Assembly: GCF_963921235.1 (NCBI RefSeq)
Contig: NC_086097.1
Coordinates: 184,142,001-184,206,000, forward strand
Direction of reading: 5' to 3'
Source: Mobula hypostoma
Lineage: Eukaryota
DNA: 64,000 bases
The notes under the pieces are model-generated. The model saw only the letters and a list, made by a program, of their open reading frames with translations, searched no databases and was not told where the DNA came from. The translations under genes and the position numbers were made by a program. Positions 51,538 to 64,000 of this stretch are shown piece by piece (the first letter of the stretch is position 1; the number at the start of each line of letters is the position of its first letter).

Positions 51538-52445
51538 TTTAGATTAGATTAGATTAGATTCAACTTTATTGTCATTGTGCTGAGTACAGATACAAAGCCA
51601 ATGAAATGCAGTTAGCATCTAACCAGATATGCAAAGAATAGTGTTATTTACAAAATAACTGTGAATAAAAAGTAAGTGCTACAGCACACAAATATAAAAG
51701 TACTGAGACAGTACAATATGGGTGCAATACTGCTTAGCGCTGTGATGTGAGGTTCAGCAGGGTCACAGCTTCAGGGAAGAAGCTCTTCCTGTGCCTGCTG
51801 GTGCGGGAGCAGAGGCTCCTGTAGTGCCTACCGGATGGGAGGAGAGTAAAAAGTCCATGGTTAGGGTGAGATGCATCCTTGATAATGCTTTTCACCCTAC
51901 CCAGGCAGCGTTTATGGTAGGTGTTCTCAACGGTGGGCAATTGGGTGCCAATAATCCACTGGGCAGTTTTTACCACACGCTGGAGTGCTTTGCAGTCCGA
52001 TACAGGAAAATTGCAATACCACAGTGGAATGCTGGGCACGTGGCCAAGTGGTTAAGGCGACCTGAAGGTCGTGAGTTCGAGCCCCAGCCGAGGCAACATG
52101 TTGTGTCTTTGAGCAAGGCACTTAATCACACATTGCTCTGCGACGACACTGGTGCCAAGCTTTTTGGGTCCTAATGCCCTTCCCTTGGACAACATTGGTG
52201 TCGTGGAGAGGAGAGACTTACAGCATGGGCAACTGCTGGTCTTCCATACAACCTTGCCCAGGCCTGCGCCCTGGAGAGTGAAGACTTTCCAGGCGCAGAT
52301 CCATGGTCTCGCAAGACTAACGGATGCCTTTACTGGAATGCAGTTGGTGAGTGTGCTCTCAATGGTACAGCAGTAAAAGTCCATCAGTATCCTGGGACAG
52401 AGGTGAGCTTTCTTAATGCTCTGCAGGAAATAAAGGTGCTGTTTT
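51538..52445 (-). mobile_element. Rex1-like 3' end with (ATCTA)n tail
   Basis: ORF 51734..52039 KALQRVVKTAQ..LLPSGRHYRS..SFFP; (ttaga)n at 51539-51560. Confidence 0.9.
52033..52333 (+). mobile_element. tRNA-derived SINE with 8-bp TSD
   Basis: A box tggccaagtgg, B box gttcgagcc, CORE-like gtgtctttgagcaaggcacttaa. TSD tggaatgc at 52025-52032 and 52334-52341. Confidence 0.88.
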
Positions 52446-53059
52446 TTGAATCCTTTTATTCAATTAAAATGTTTGAAGTATCCGTCAATGGATTATTATT
52501 AATTATCTGCATTGATTAAATACATTTTAATTTTAATTATTTCATGTCTTAAAATGTTCCTGGTTATCAGATACAATTAAAACTTGTTTAAAATAAAAAC
52601 CTTTTCCAGCCTTTGAAAGTAATGATCTGTAAAGTTCTGTCAGGACGAAGCTTCAGGGTAGAGGACTTGATATCCTCTACATTGCAGCATCTCCCAGAAC
52701 CAAACTGGGCTCTGAATGGGCTTGAATTCATTAACTCAGGGTTGGAAGTATGACAAAGCAAACTCACGTTCCTAATATTCGTGACTTTTATTTATTATTA
52801 TTACTTTGTTTCATTTTTCTTCTTTTGTATTTGCACATTGATTGTCTGCCTTTGTTGTGTGCAGCTTTTCATTGACCATGTTGCATTTCTTTGTTTCTAT
52901 GAATACCCACAAGAAAATGAATCTCAAGGTTGTATATGGTGACATATATGTACATTGATAATAAATTTAGTTTGAATTTTGAACTTTGAACATCTGGTAC
53001 CATAGATGAGAACGCCAACATTACTTGTTAAATGCAGCACATGATGGATGCAAATTATC

Positions 53060-53735
53060 TCAGAGTCAGAATCAGGTTTATTATCTCCAGCACGCTTGTT
53101 GTTTTGAGGCAGCAGTACAGAGCTAGACGTAGAAATTAATATCAATTACAATCAGAAATAAAATAAATAGTGAAAAAGAGAATACAGTCGCAAGGATTTG
53201 TGGGTTCATGGACCGTTCAGAAATCTGATGGCAGAAGGTAAGAAGGTGTTCTAGAAATGTTGTGAGTGTGTCTTTAGGTTTGTGTAGGTTCTCCCTGATA
53301 ACAGCAATGAGAAAAGGGCACGCCCTGGATGGTGAGTGTCCTTAATGATGGACGCCCTGGATGGTGAGTGTCCTTAATGATGGATGCCACCTTCTTGAAG
53401 CACTACACCTTGAAGATTTCCTGGATGCTAGGGAGGCTTGTACCAACGATGCAGCTGGCTGTCTCTACAAACCTTTGCAGTAGCTTTTGATCCTGTGCAT
53501 AGGAGTCTCCATACCAGGCAGTGATACAAGTACTCAGATTGTTCTCCATGGTACTTCTGTAGAAACTTGCTAGAGTTTTCGTAACATATCAAATCTCCTC
53601 AAACTCCAAATGAAGTATTGCTGCTGGCATACCTCCTTCCTCATTGCTTCAATATGTATGTTGGGCCTAGGATAGACCTATAAGATGTTGATGTTCAGAA
53701 ACCTGAAGCTGCTTATCCTTTCCACTGTTGACCCA
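53060..53735 (-). mobile_element. Degenerate Rex1-like 3' fragment
   Basis: Reverse complement of the Rex1 tail (tcagaatcaggtttatt) and of C-terminal coding motifs. Confidence 0.75.
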
Positions 53736-53984
53736 CGTATTCTCTCATGTCATGTGAGGATAGGGGAATAACCTTAGGGTCTCAGAGACAAGTTAATCAT
53801 GCGTGTTTGTAGTTTAAATTAAGTTCATTCCTAAAGTTAACAAAATTATGTGATTGTTAGATGTCTCACAGCAGTAACAGGACAGGGTTTCAGCAGTTCT
53901 CTACCTCAGACTTGCTTACAAGTCAGAATTGCTTTATTTCATGGGTCCCTCTTTGGTAAATGAAAAAAGGTAAGTGTGATAGCA

Positions 53985-55745
53985 TAAAACCACAAGACAG
54001 TAAGTCAGAGGAGCAGAGTTATGCCGTTCGGCCCATTGAGTCTGCTCCATCATTGAATCATGGCTAATTTATTATCCCTCTGAACCCCTTTCTCCTTCTT
54101 TCTTCCTATAAACTTTGACGCCTTGACTAATCAAGAACCTATCAAATCTCCAGTTTAAAAATACCCAATGGTTTGGCTTCCACAGCTGCCTATAGCAATG
54201 AATACCACAGATTCATAACCCTCCAGTTAAAGAAATGCTTCTTCACCTCTGTTCTAAAGGGATGTCCCAGGCTCTGCCCTCTGGTCCTAGACTCCCTCCC
54301 TATAAGAAATATTCTCTCCACATCCAGTCTATCTAGGCCTTTCAATATTTGATAGGTTTCCATGAGATCCCCCAATACTTCTAAACTCCAGCAAGTAACT
54401 TAACAGCGATAGAGCGTGGAGCAGGCCCTTCCGACCCTTTGAGCATTCCTGCCCCAGTAACCCTACAATCTGTTTAACCCCAACCGAATAATGGTTCCTC
54501 AAGGTTGTTACAACTGGGGGTGGCAATGGGGATAAGTGCTCATTTCCTCTGACAACCCTGTCCAACTCCCAGCTTAGCTACTGAGCCTGGCAGAACCATT
54601 TCTACTGACAGGAGAAGGGCAAAGGCAGGTTACCAGCACCTTAAAGCTGGTCGCTTTGGGCAGATGGGGTTCATCAGCCGTGGTTGGCAGCTCATCTAGG
54701 AGAAAGAAAACTCTGATCTCAAACCTCCACTGCCTTGCGGGCTTGCCCATTCATGGGGAAGCCTTTGGTAAACCCTGGGAGAGAAATCCGGAACTGGAGT
54801 CTCTCAGGCAGTCCTAATTTGAGTTCAACGCTGACAGGTAACTCATGTGACACTGCTGGTGCCAAACTATGTCGGTCTCTGCCATTCCTTTGATTTCATC
54901 AGATGCGTGGAGAGGGGAAGCAGCTCTTCATATCATATCGCCCTTGCTTGCATATCTGGACAGACATCCATGTCAACCCTGATCAATGGAGGCCTCAATA
55001 ATGTGACAATTTGCAATGACCAACTTACCCACCCAGTACATCCTTTGGATTGTGGGAGGAAACTGGAGCACCTGGGAAAAACTCACGCATTCCACAAGGA
55101 AGACGTAGAGAGTCCTTACAGAAGGGCACTGGAATTGAACTCTGAACTCCAGAACATAGAAACATGGAAAACTTACAGCACAATACAGGCCCTTCAGCCC
55201 ACAAAGCTGTGCTGAACATGTCCTTACCGTAGAAATTACCTAGGGTTACTCATAGCCCTCTATTTTTCTAAGCTCCATGTACCTATCCAGGAGTCTCTTA
55301 AGAGTCCCTATTGTATCCGCCTCCACCACCATCGCCAGAAGCCCATTCCACACACTCACCATTCTCTATGAAAAACTTACCCCTGACACACCTCTGTACC
55401 TACTTCCAGGCACCTTAAAACTGTGGCCTCTCGTGTTAGCCATCTCAGCACTGGGAAAAAGCCTCTGACTATCCACACGATCAATGTCTCTCATCATCTT
55501 GTACACCTCTATCTAGTCACCTCTCGTCCTCCGTCGCTCGAAGGAGAAAAGAGCGAGTTCACTCAACCTATTCTCATAAGGCATGCTCCCGAGCTGTAAT
55601 AGCGTCATGCGAACCGCTACGCTGCCATGGTACCCAAACTTGCCCAGTGGCAAGTATCAGCCCAGAGCCATCAAACTCTCCTCATACGTTAACGCTCTCA
55701 TTCTCATGAATCTCCTCTGGACCCACTCCAATGCCAGCACATGTT
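53985..55745 (-). mobile_element. Nested cluster: CR1 3' end containing a SINE-like repeat, which contains an RTE-derived short element (~54500-55002, plus) and a second CR1 3' end (55155-55585)
   Basis: GDLMETYQILKGLDR (54190..54375). 55155-55585 is the reverse complement of 8260-8700. The RTE-5'UTR-like motif ggttggcagctcatctaggagaaagaaaactctg is present. Confidence 0.72.
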
Positions 55746-56819
55746 ATGGGCGGCAAATGCAAACATGAGAACTGGGTTGATACGCAGTCCATCCCGGCAA
55801 GAGCCAAACATATACAAGTAATCACACAGCAACTTGGGATCCAGTCACATTTTACATTAATTTTCAAAGAATAGTCCAGTGTTTCCTCTTCCCTTGTAGA
55901 ATGATTTATGGTGAGGCTGCATGGTTTAGGCATTTTCATTATCAACCTCAGTTACAATCAGTATTAATCACCAGGAAATGAGAGAGGTGTTACGAAAATG
56001 ACTGACATTAAGAGGGGCATATCTCTACAGAGATTGAAACAATAATAGACAAAAAAACATAGTAGATTGTAACTGAGAATGGACAGCTTGAATGAAGCCA
56101 GGATTGCACGTTCAATTATGTTGATATTGACTGTTCTGCATCACTATACACGGTAAAGGGATTCAGTTATACAATGGAAATGTTTAAACTGGAGCATAAG
56201 CTTCATTTCCCAGTTCAGCAGCCTGAGGCCAATTTGGCACTTGCAATTTGTTGAGTTCTGATCAGGTTGGACCTTGCCCATCTCTGCCTGAATCTGGCTA
56301 TTTTGTTAGTTTGAAGCCAACTTCATTGTTCTCCTGAGCTAATAAATTTTACTTGATTCTTTTACAGCAAGCTCATTTCAGTAACAAAACTGCTGTGTTC
56401 CATTTTACATGAAGTCTTGAATTGACCTCTGTGTTTTAAAACTAATAACAATTGAACGACAAGTTTCATGTTACATTCCAGCTTTTGCTGACTAAAGTGC
56501 AAATGACAACAATTATAATAAAAACCTAAGCCAAAATCAGCATTTCAACCATTACAAAGCCATGCAAGTCCTCAATTAATAATCATAGTGCAATTCCTTT
56601 ATATCCAAATTACAGCTATCTGTGTGATCTGAACTTGGCCACATCATGGGGTGCACAGACCTGGAAATGTAGCTGGACATTTCTTCCATGCTGGGAAGCA
56701 TAGGCCCAGGCTCTGCAAAATTGTGTGTAAATCTGAAGCTGAAGCATGCCATTCTCCTTTACACCACAGATGCCTTCTACCTACCCTTCAGTTTTCTCCA
56801 CAGGTTGCCTCATCATGGG

Positions 56820-57440
56820 GTCTGCCCCGAGCATGATGTCTATTAAATTAATCCCTACTGTTTTTTACACGTTACTCCATTCCCTGATGTTTACGTGCCT
56901 ATCTAAAAGCTTTGCGAATGCTGCTAGAATATTTGTTTTCACTGTCACCCCTGACAGTGCACTCAGACCATAATATCCCCTGTGTAAATGACCTCTCTCA
57001 CACATCCCTTTTAAGCTTCCTCCCCACCTCATGTTAAAGCTCCGTCCTTCGGTATTCAGCATTTCTAACCTGGCAAAATATTCTGACTGTCTACCCCATT
57101 TATGCTCTCATAATTTTATAAACTTCTATCAGATCTCACCTCAGCCTCCAAAATTCCACGGGAAACAATCCAAATTAATCCTACCACAAATAAGAGAAAA
57201 TCTGCAGATGTTGGAAAACCAAGCAACACGCACAAAATGCTGGAGGAGCTCAGCAGACCAGGCAGCATCTATGGAAAAACGTACAGTCAATGTTTCAGGC
57301 TGAGACCCTTCGGCAGGACAGTTCTGTTAGTCTTGCCTCTCTTTTTAACTAATACAGGCAACATCCCAGTAAACATTTTGAATCCTCTCCAAAGCCTCAA
57401 CATCCTTCCTATAGTGGGCTGACCACTACTGCAGACAATA
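56820..57440 (-). mobile_element. Degenerate CR1 3' end with inserted PLE tail (57188-57320)
   Basis: The PLE tail ends at gagacccttcggcaggac (reverse complement of the HHR core). Confidence 0.75.
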
Positions 57441-57459
57441 ATTAATGGGAGAAAAACAC

Positions 57460-60400
57460 ACTAGGCAAGGAATCTTCAATGATTTTTGATTCAGAGCAAG
57501 AAGGCTGCGAGTGAACGGCTGATTTTCGGAGCAAAGGCAGTTTTTACCACTTGGAGTAAAAGAGAGGCAAGACTACGCAGGCGCGTGATGTCAGACAGTA
57601 GAGTGCGAAAGGTTTAAAAAGAAGACCGCCATATCCAGCAGGCAGTGTTCAGAGCGGGCAGCGGAGTGAGAGGCAGCACAGTAATAGGGCTTTAGCTCAA
57701 CGGGCTTAGGCGGTAACGGGATGAGGTGAAGTAGGTTTACCAGTATTATTTGTGGAAAGGAGGAAGTACGTGTGTGAGGCCAGTTTTCTGTGCTGGTTGT
57801 CATATGTGAGAGGTCCTGGAGTCTCCCAGCCTCCCGGATGGCCATATCTGCACCAGGTGTGTCGAGCTGCAGCTCCTGAGGGGCTGAATTAGGGAACTGG
57901 AGATGCAGCTTGATGACCTTCGCCCGATCAGGGAAAGTGAGGAGGTGATAGAAAGGAGTTGTAGGCAGATGGTCACACCGGGGTCACAGGAAACAGACAA
58001 GTGGGTCACAGTCAGGAGGGGGAAGGGGAAGAGTCAGGCACTAGAGAGTACCCCTGTGGTTATACCCCTTGACAATAAGTACTCCTGTTTGAGTACTTTT
58101 GGGGGGGGGGGCGCGGAACAGCCTACCTGGGGGAAGCGACAGTGGCTGTGCCTCTGGCACAGAGTCTGGCCCTGTGGCTCAGAAGGGTAGGGAAAGGAAG
58201 AGTACGGCAGTAGTTATAGGGGACTCTATAGTTAGGGAGTCAGACAGACGATTCTGTGGATGCAGGAAAGAAACACGGATGGTAGTTTGCCTCCCAGGTG
58301 CCAGGGTCCAGGATGTTTCTGATCGCATCCAAGATATCCTGCAGTGGGAGGGAGAATTGCCAGAGGTCGTGGTACATATTGGTACCAATGACATAGGTAG
58401 GAAAAGGGAAGCAGTACTGTAAAAAAGAGTACAGGGAGTGCTGAAGGAAGTTGAGAAGCAGGACCGCAAAGGCAGTAATCTCGGGATTACTATCTGTGCC
58501 ACATAACAGTGACAATAGGAATAGAATGGGGTGGAAGATAAAAGCGTGGCTGAGGGATTGGAGCAGGGGGGCATGGATTCATATTTCTAGATCACTGGGA
58601 CCTCTTTTGGGGCAGGTGTGACCTGTACAAAAAGGATGGGTTGCACTTGAATTCCAGGGGGACCAGTATCCTGGCAGGGAGGTTTGCTAAGGCTACTGCA
58701 GAGAGTTTAAACTAGAATTGTTGGGGGGTGGGAACTGAACTGAAGAGACTGGGGAAGAGGAGGTTGTATCACAAATAGAGAAAGCTTGTAGACAATGCAA
58801 GAGGTAGGATAGGCAGGTGATAGAGAAGGGACGCATTCAGACCGAAGGTTTGAGATGCGTCTATTTTAATGCAAGGAGTGTTGTGAACAAAGCGGATGAG
58901 CTTAGAGCGTGGATCAGTACTTAGAGCTATGATGTGGTCATATCTCCAAGTACTGATCCACGCTCTAAGCTCATCCTTTACAGAGATTTGGCTCAGGGAC
59001 AGGAATGGTTACTTCAAGTGCCGGGTTTTAGATGTTTCAGAAAGGACAGGGAGGGAGGCAAAAGAGGTGGGAGGGGGGGTGGCACTGTTGATCAGAGATA
59101 GTATCTCGGCTGCAGAAAAGGTGGACGCCATGGAGGGATTGTCTATGGAGTCTCTGTGGGTGAAGATTAGGAACAGGAAGGTGTCAATAACATAACTGTG
59201 TGTTTTTTATAGGCCGCCCGATAGTAACAGGGATATCGAGGAGCAGATAGGGAAACAGATCCAGGAAAGGTGTAATAACAACAGAGTTGTCATGATGGGA
59301 GATCTTAATTTCCCAAATATCGATTCTCATCTCACTAGAGCAAGCGGTTTAGATGGGGTAGAGTTTGTTAGGTGTGTTCAGGAAGGTTTCTTGACACAAT
59401 ATGTAGATAAGCCTACAAGAGGAGAGGCTGTACTTGATTTGGTATTGGGAAATGAACCTGGTCAGGTGTCAGATCTCTCAGTGGAAGAGCATTTTGGAGA
59501 TAGTGATCATAATTCTATCTCCTTTACAATAACATTGGAGAGAGATAGGAACAGACAAGTTAGAAAAACATTTAATTGGAGTAAGGGGAATTATGAGGTT
59601 ATCAGGCAGGAAATTGGAAGCTTAAATTGGGAACGTATATTCTCAGGGAAAAGTACGGAAGAAATGCGGTAAATGTTCAGGGGATATTTGTGTGGAGTTC
59701 TGCATAGGTACATTCCAATGAGATAGTGAAGTTATGAGAGGGTACAGGAATCGTGGTGTCCAAAGGTTGTAATAAAACAAAAAGCTTACAAAAGGTTCAG
59801 AGAGCTAGGTAATGTTAGAGATCTAAAAGATTATAAGGCTAATAGGAAGGAGCATAAAAAGGAAATTAGGAGAGCCAGAAGGGGCCATGAGAAGGCCTTG
59901 GTGGGCAGGATTAAGGAAAATCCCAAGGCATTCTACAAGTATATGACGTGCAAGAGGATAAGGCATGAAAGAATAGGACCTATCAAGTGAGACAGTAGGA
60001 AAGTATGTATGGAACCAGACGAAATAGCAGAGGTATTTAGTGAATGCTTTACTTCAGTATTCACTATGGAAAAGGATCTTGGTGATTGTAGTGGTGACTT
60101 GCAGCAGACTGAAAAGCTTGAGCATGTAGATATTAAGAAAGCATGAAGTTGGGTAAGTCGCTGGGACTGGATGAGATGTAGATATTAAGAAAGCATCAAG
60201 TTGCATAAGTCGCTGGGACCAGATGAGATGTACCCCAGGCTACTGTGTGAGGCGAGGGAGGAGATTGCTGAGCCTCTGGCAATGATCTTTGAATCATCAA
60301 TGGGGACGGGAGAGGTTCCAGAGGATTGAAGGGTTGCGGATGTTGTTTCTTTATTCAAGAAAGGGAGTATAGATAGCCCAGGAAATTAGAGACCAGTAAG

Positions 60401-61990
60401 TCTTACTTCAGTGGTTGGTAAGATGATGGAGAAGATCCTGAGAGGCAGGACTTAGGAACATTTGGAGAGGTATAATATGATTAGGAATAGTCAGCATGGC
60501 TTTATCAAGGTTGTGCCTTACGAGCCTGATTGAATTTTTTGAGGATGTGACTAAACACATTGATGAAGGAAGAGCAGTAGATGTAGTGTATATGGTTTTC
60601 AGCAAGGCATTTGATAAGGTACCTCATGCAAGGCTTATTGAGAAAGTAAGGAGGCATGAGATCGAAGGGGACATTGCTTTGTGGATCCAGAACTGGCTTG
60701 CCCATAGAAGGCAAAGTGTGGTTGTAGATGGGTCATATTCTGCATGGAGGTCGGTCACCAGTGGAGTGCCTCAGGGATCTGTTCTGGGACCCCTACTCTT
60801 CGAGATTTTTATATATGACCTGGATGAGGAAGTGGAGGGATGAGTTAGTAAGTTTTCTGATGACACAAAGGTTGGAGGTGTTGTGGATAGTGTGGAGGGC
60901 TGTCAGAGGTTACAGCGGGACATTGATAGGATGCAAAACTGGGCTGAGAAGTGGCAGATGGAGTTCAACCCAGATAAGTGGGAAGTGGTTCACTTTGGTA
61001 GGTCAAATATGATGGCAGAATATAGTATTAATGGTGAGACTCTTGGCAGTGTGGAGGATCAGAGGGATCTTGGGGTCCAAGTCCATAGGACGCTCAAAGC
61101 AGCTGCGCAGGTTGACTCTGTGGTTAGGAAGGCGTACGGTGTATTAGCCTTTATCAATCGTGGAATTGAATTTAGGAGCTGAGAGGTAATGTTGCAGCTA
61201 TATTGGACCCTGGTCAGACCTCACTTGGAATACTGTGCTCAGTTCATGTTGCCTCACTACAGGAAGGATGTGGAAGCCATAGAAAGAGTGCAGGGTGATT
61301 TACAAAGATGTTGCCTGGATTGGAGAGCATGCCTTATGAGAATAGGTTGAGTGAACTTGGCCTTTTCTCCTTTGAGCGACGGAGGATGAGAGGTGACCTG
61401 TTAGAGGTGTATAAGATGATGAGAGGCATTGATCGTGTGGATAGTCAGAGGCTTTTTCCCAGGGCTGAAATGGTTGCCACAAGAGGACACAGGTTTAAGA
61501 TACACACACAAGATGCTGGTGGACGCAGCAGGCCAGACAGCATAACATAAGAAGAAGCACAGGCGACGTTTCGGGCCGAGACCCTTCGTCAGGACTAACT
61601 GAAAGAAGAGATAGTAAGAGATTTGAAAATGTGAGGGGGAGGGGGAGATCCAAAATGATGGGAGAAGACAGGAGGGGGAGGGATAGAGCTAAGAGCTAGA
61701 AAGTTGATTGACAAGTTTAAGGTGCTGGGGAGTAGGTACAGAGGAGACATCGGGGTAAGTTTTTCACTCAGAGAGTGGTAAGTGCGTGGAATGGGCTGCT
61801 GGCAACGGTGGTGGAGGAGGATACGATAGGGTCTTTTAAGAGACTTTTAGATAGGTACATGGCACTTAGAAAAATAGAGGGTTATAGGTAAGCCTAGTAA
61901 TTTCTAAGGTAGGGACATGTTCAGCGCTACTTTGTAGGCCGAAGGGCCTGTACTGTGCTCTAGATTTTCCATGTTTCTATATTTCTATGT
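57460..61990 (+). mobile_element. Near full-length decayed CR1 LINE (5' UTR, ORF1, ORF2, tail)
   Basis: ORF1 shows a Cys-rich/zipper region plus VVIGDSIVR..CLPGARV..VVHIGTND (esterase). ORF2 shows [21 protein letters not shown] and [11 protein letters not shown]. Tail ttccatgtttctatatttctatg. Confidence 0.95.
61500..61710 (-). mobile_element. PLE 3' fragment inserted in CR1, with intact HHR core (61561-61596)
   Basis: TSD acaggtttaag / acaagtttaag (61489-61499, 61711-61721). The minus strand reads agtcctgacgaagggtctcggcccgaaacgtcgcct. Confidence 0.88.
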
Positions 61991-62579
61991 TATTGTGAGG
62001 TAAAAAATAAGAGGTGCAGGTTTACACCTTCAAAGGCCTTTGCTTCACCGTTGGCCATAGAGTAATCAATTGGTCCAATAATTTACACCACATCCCACAT
62101 ATATGAGCTTGTGTATTAGAATGTAGCTGGATTATTGCTTTCAAAGTTTCCGCAGAAAGTATCAAGCATTGATATTTCTTCACCAATAGATTTAAGAACT
62201 TAACTAGTCTGAACGACTTACCTCAAGCTTTACTTTCACAGTAAGTTTCCATTAATATATAGACACATAGAATAGGAGCTGATGTTTTAGTAAGCACAAT
62301 CCTTCATTTGCCCATTGAGTGGGCAAGGCTTGCTGTCAGTTTAATTTTGTGTGATATAAAATAATACTGCTTTATCCACCATATAGACAGTTCCCCTGAT
62401 TTTAATTTCCTATTGCCACGACTCATTATTTACTGTCATACAAAGACAAAATTATTACCAACAACAATGTAAACTTATGACTTTCAAAATATATAACTCA
62501 ATTATACTAGTTATACCCCAATGAGCAGGGACATACTAAAGGAACAAATATAACATCCAGTCAGCTCCATTTGATCAAG

Positions 62580-62890
62580 TACCTGAACTAGCAGAATCCA
62601 GTATCCTTGTGGGAAGGTTTGCTCGTGCTGCTCCAGGGGGTTTAAACGAGAGTTGCAGGGGATGGGAACCAAAGTGCCAGAGAAGATAGCGGAGTGGTTG
62701 TGGGGAAAGCTTACTTACAAAGGTAGGATCCTGAAGACTAAGAAAGTGGAAATAATATTCTGAGTTGTGTCTTTTTCAAAACAAGGAGTATTGAAGGTGA
62801 GGCAGATGAGCTTAGAACATGGATCAGCACGGGAAATCATGATATTGCAGCCATTAGTGAGGCTTGTTTTCAAGAGAGGCAGGACTGAGA
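62580..62890 (+). mobile_element. CR1 ORF1/ORF2 junction fragment
   Basis: Similar to 58640-59000. Confidence 0.7.
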
Positions 62891-63662
62891 GGGGGAGGTA
62901 TTAAAGGGGGAGTAACCCTGAAGTAGGATGGAACACAAGAGGTCAAGCAGGAGTAGGCACAGACCATTGTGCTTGCTCTATCATTCAATAAGAGCGGTTC
63001 TGAGCTGTTTTCTTCCTGCCGCTTTCCTGCACTTATTCCATATTCCTTCAGATCCAAAATATCTAAACATCTATTGATATCAGAAAGAGCTTTCAAAGCA
63101 TTTTATTTATTAGACCCTGACTTCAGAAACCATGTTTTGAGATTAGATTCTGCACTACTGAACTTGTATGCAAACGAGACTTCCTTATTCCTTTTCTTGT
63201 AGCTCTTACCCTCCATAACTTAATGACTGCCATGTTTGGTTGATATTCTATTTAAAGAACATTTTCTGAGCATTGGTCCATCTGTAACAAGACTTTACTT
63301 TTGACTCAAGGGACTGCTGATGCAGGAAATTGGAGCAACAAACAATCTGCTGGAGGAACTCAGTGGGTAGTGCAACGTCTGTGCTTGGGAAAGGAATTTT
63401 CAACGTTTTGAATTGAAAACCAATTTATACAGCAAGGTTTGAGCTCCTTGCAGAAGCTATGATTGTGGAAGTTATTCACATCAACTTTGACCAGACAATT
63501 GAGGAGGATTTGCATTTGATCCTTTCATTCAAAACCATTTAAAACTGACTTGAAGATGAAAATCGACTCCAAGCAGTATGCGTTAAACTTAGAATAATAT
63601 TTTATTAAAATTGAAAGTTCTCAGCTGAATTGCTCAGGCAGAATTACCTCAGTCCTAAACTT

Positions 63663-64000
63663 CAACAACAGGAATTCTGCAGATGCTGGAAATTTAAGCA
63701 ACACACATCAAAGTTGCTGGTGAACGCAGCAGGCCAGGCTGCGTCTCTAGGAAGAGGTACAGTCGACCTTTCAGGCTGAGACCCTTCGTCAGGACTAATT
63801 GAAGGAAGAGTTAGTAAGAGATTTGAAAGTGGGAGGGGGAGGGGGAGGGGGAGATCCAAAATGATAGGAGAAGACAGGAGGGGGAGGGAAGGAGCCAAGA
63901 GCTGGACAGGTGATTGGCAAAGGGGATATAAGAGGATCATGGGACAGGAGGCCCAGGGAGAAAGGCAAGAGGGGGCGGGACCCAGAGGATGGGCAAGGGG
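63663..64000 (-). mobile_element. PLE 3' end running off the window; HHR variant at 63761-63796
   Basis: Highly similar to 10171-10500. Confidence 0.92.

Noticed and set aside
52034..52095. tRNA gene
   Set aside because: A and B boxes are present but there is no complete cloverleaf. It continues into a SINE body and is flanked by a TSD.

Overview
A 64-kb, repeat-saturated non-coding stretch of a vertebrate genome. The mix of CR1, Rex1/Babar, RTE, Penelope-like elements (PLEs) and tRNA-derived SINEs suggests a cartilaginous fish, but this is inference. I could not identify any host protein-coding gene. Every recognisable ORF is a transposon remnant: CR1 ORF1/ORF2, Rex1 APE/RT, RTE, Gypsy integrase, PLE RT-thumb/GIY-YIG, a Tc1 transposase N-terminus and a Helitron N-terminal repeat. 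The most striking structure is a 2.6-kb head-to-head palindrome of a Neptune-like PLE (10170-12788). It inserted as one unit with a 15-bp target-site duplication (TSD), carries a minimal hammerhead ribozyme (HHR) in each arm, and has stuttered copies of the arm end in its central spacer. Two much smaller fold-back insertions of a related PLE tail also have ~15-bp TSDs, and one turns around at the predicted ribozyme cleavage site. Other well-bounded elements are a non-autonomous Helitron with 23-aa repeats, an internally deleted Gypsy element, a solo LTR, a palindromic mariner-type MITE, a 5'-inverted RTE insertion and a three-level nested TE stack. Boundaries with stated TSDs or TIRs were read directly from the sequence; the others are approximate.
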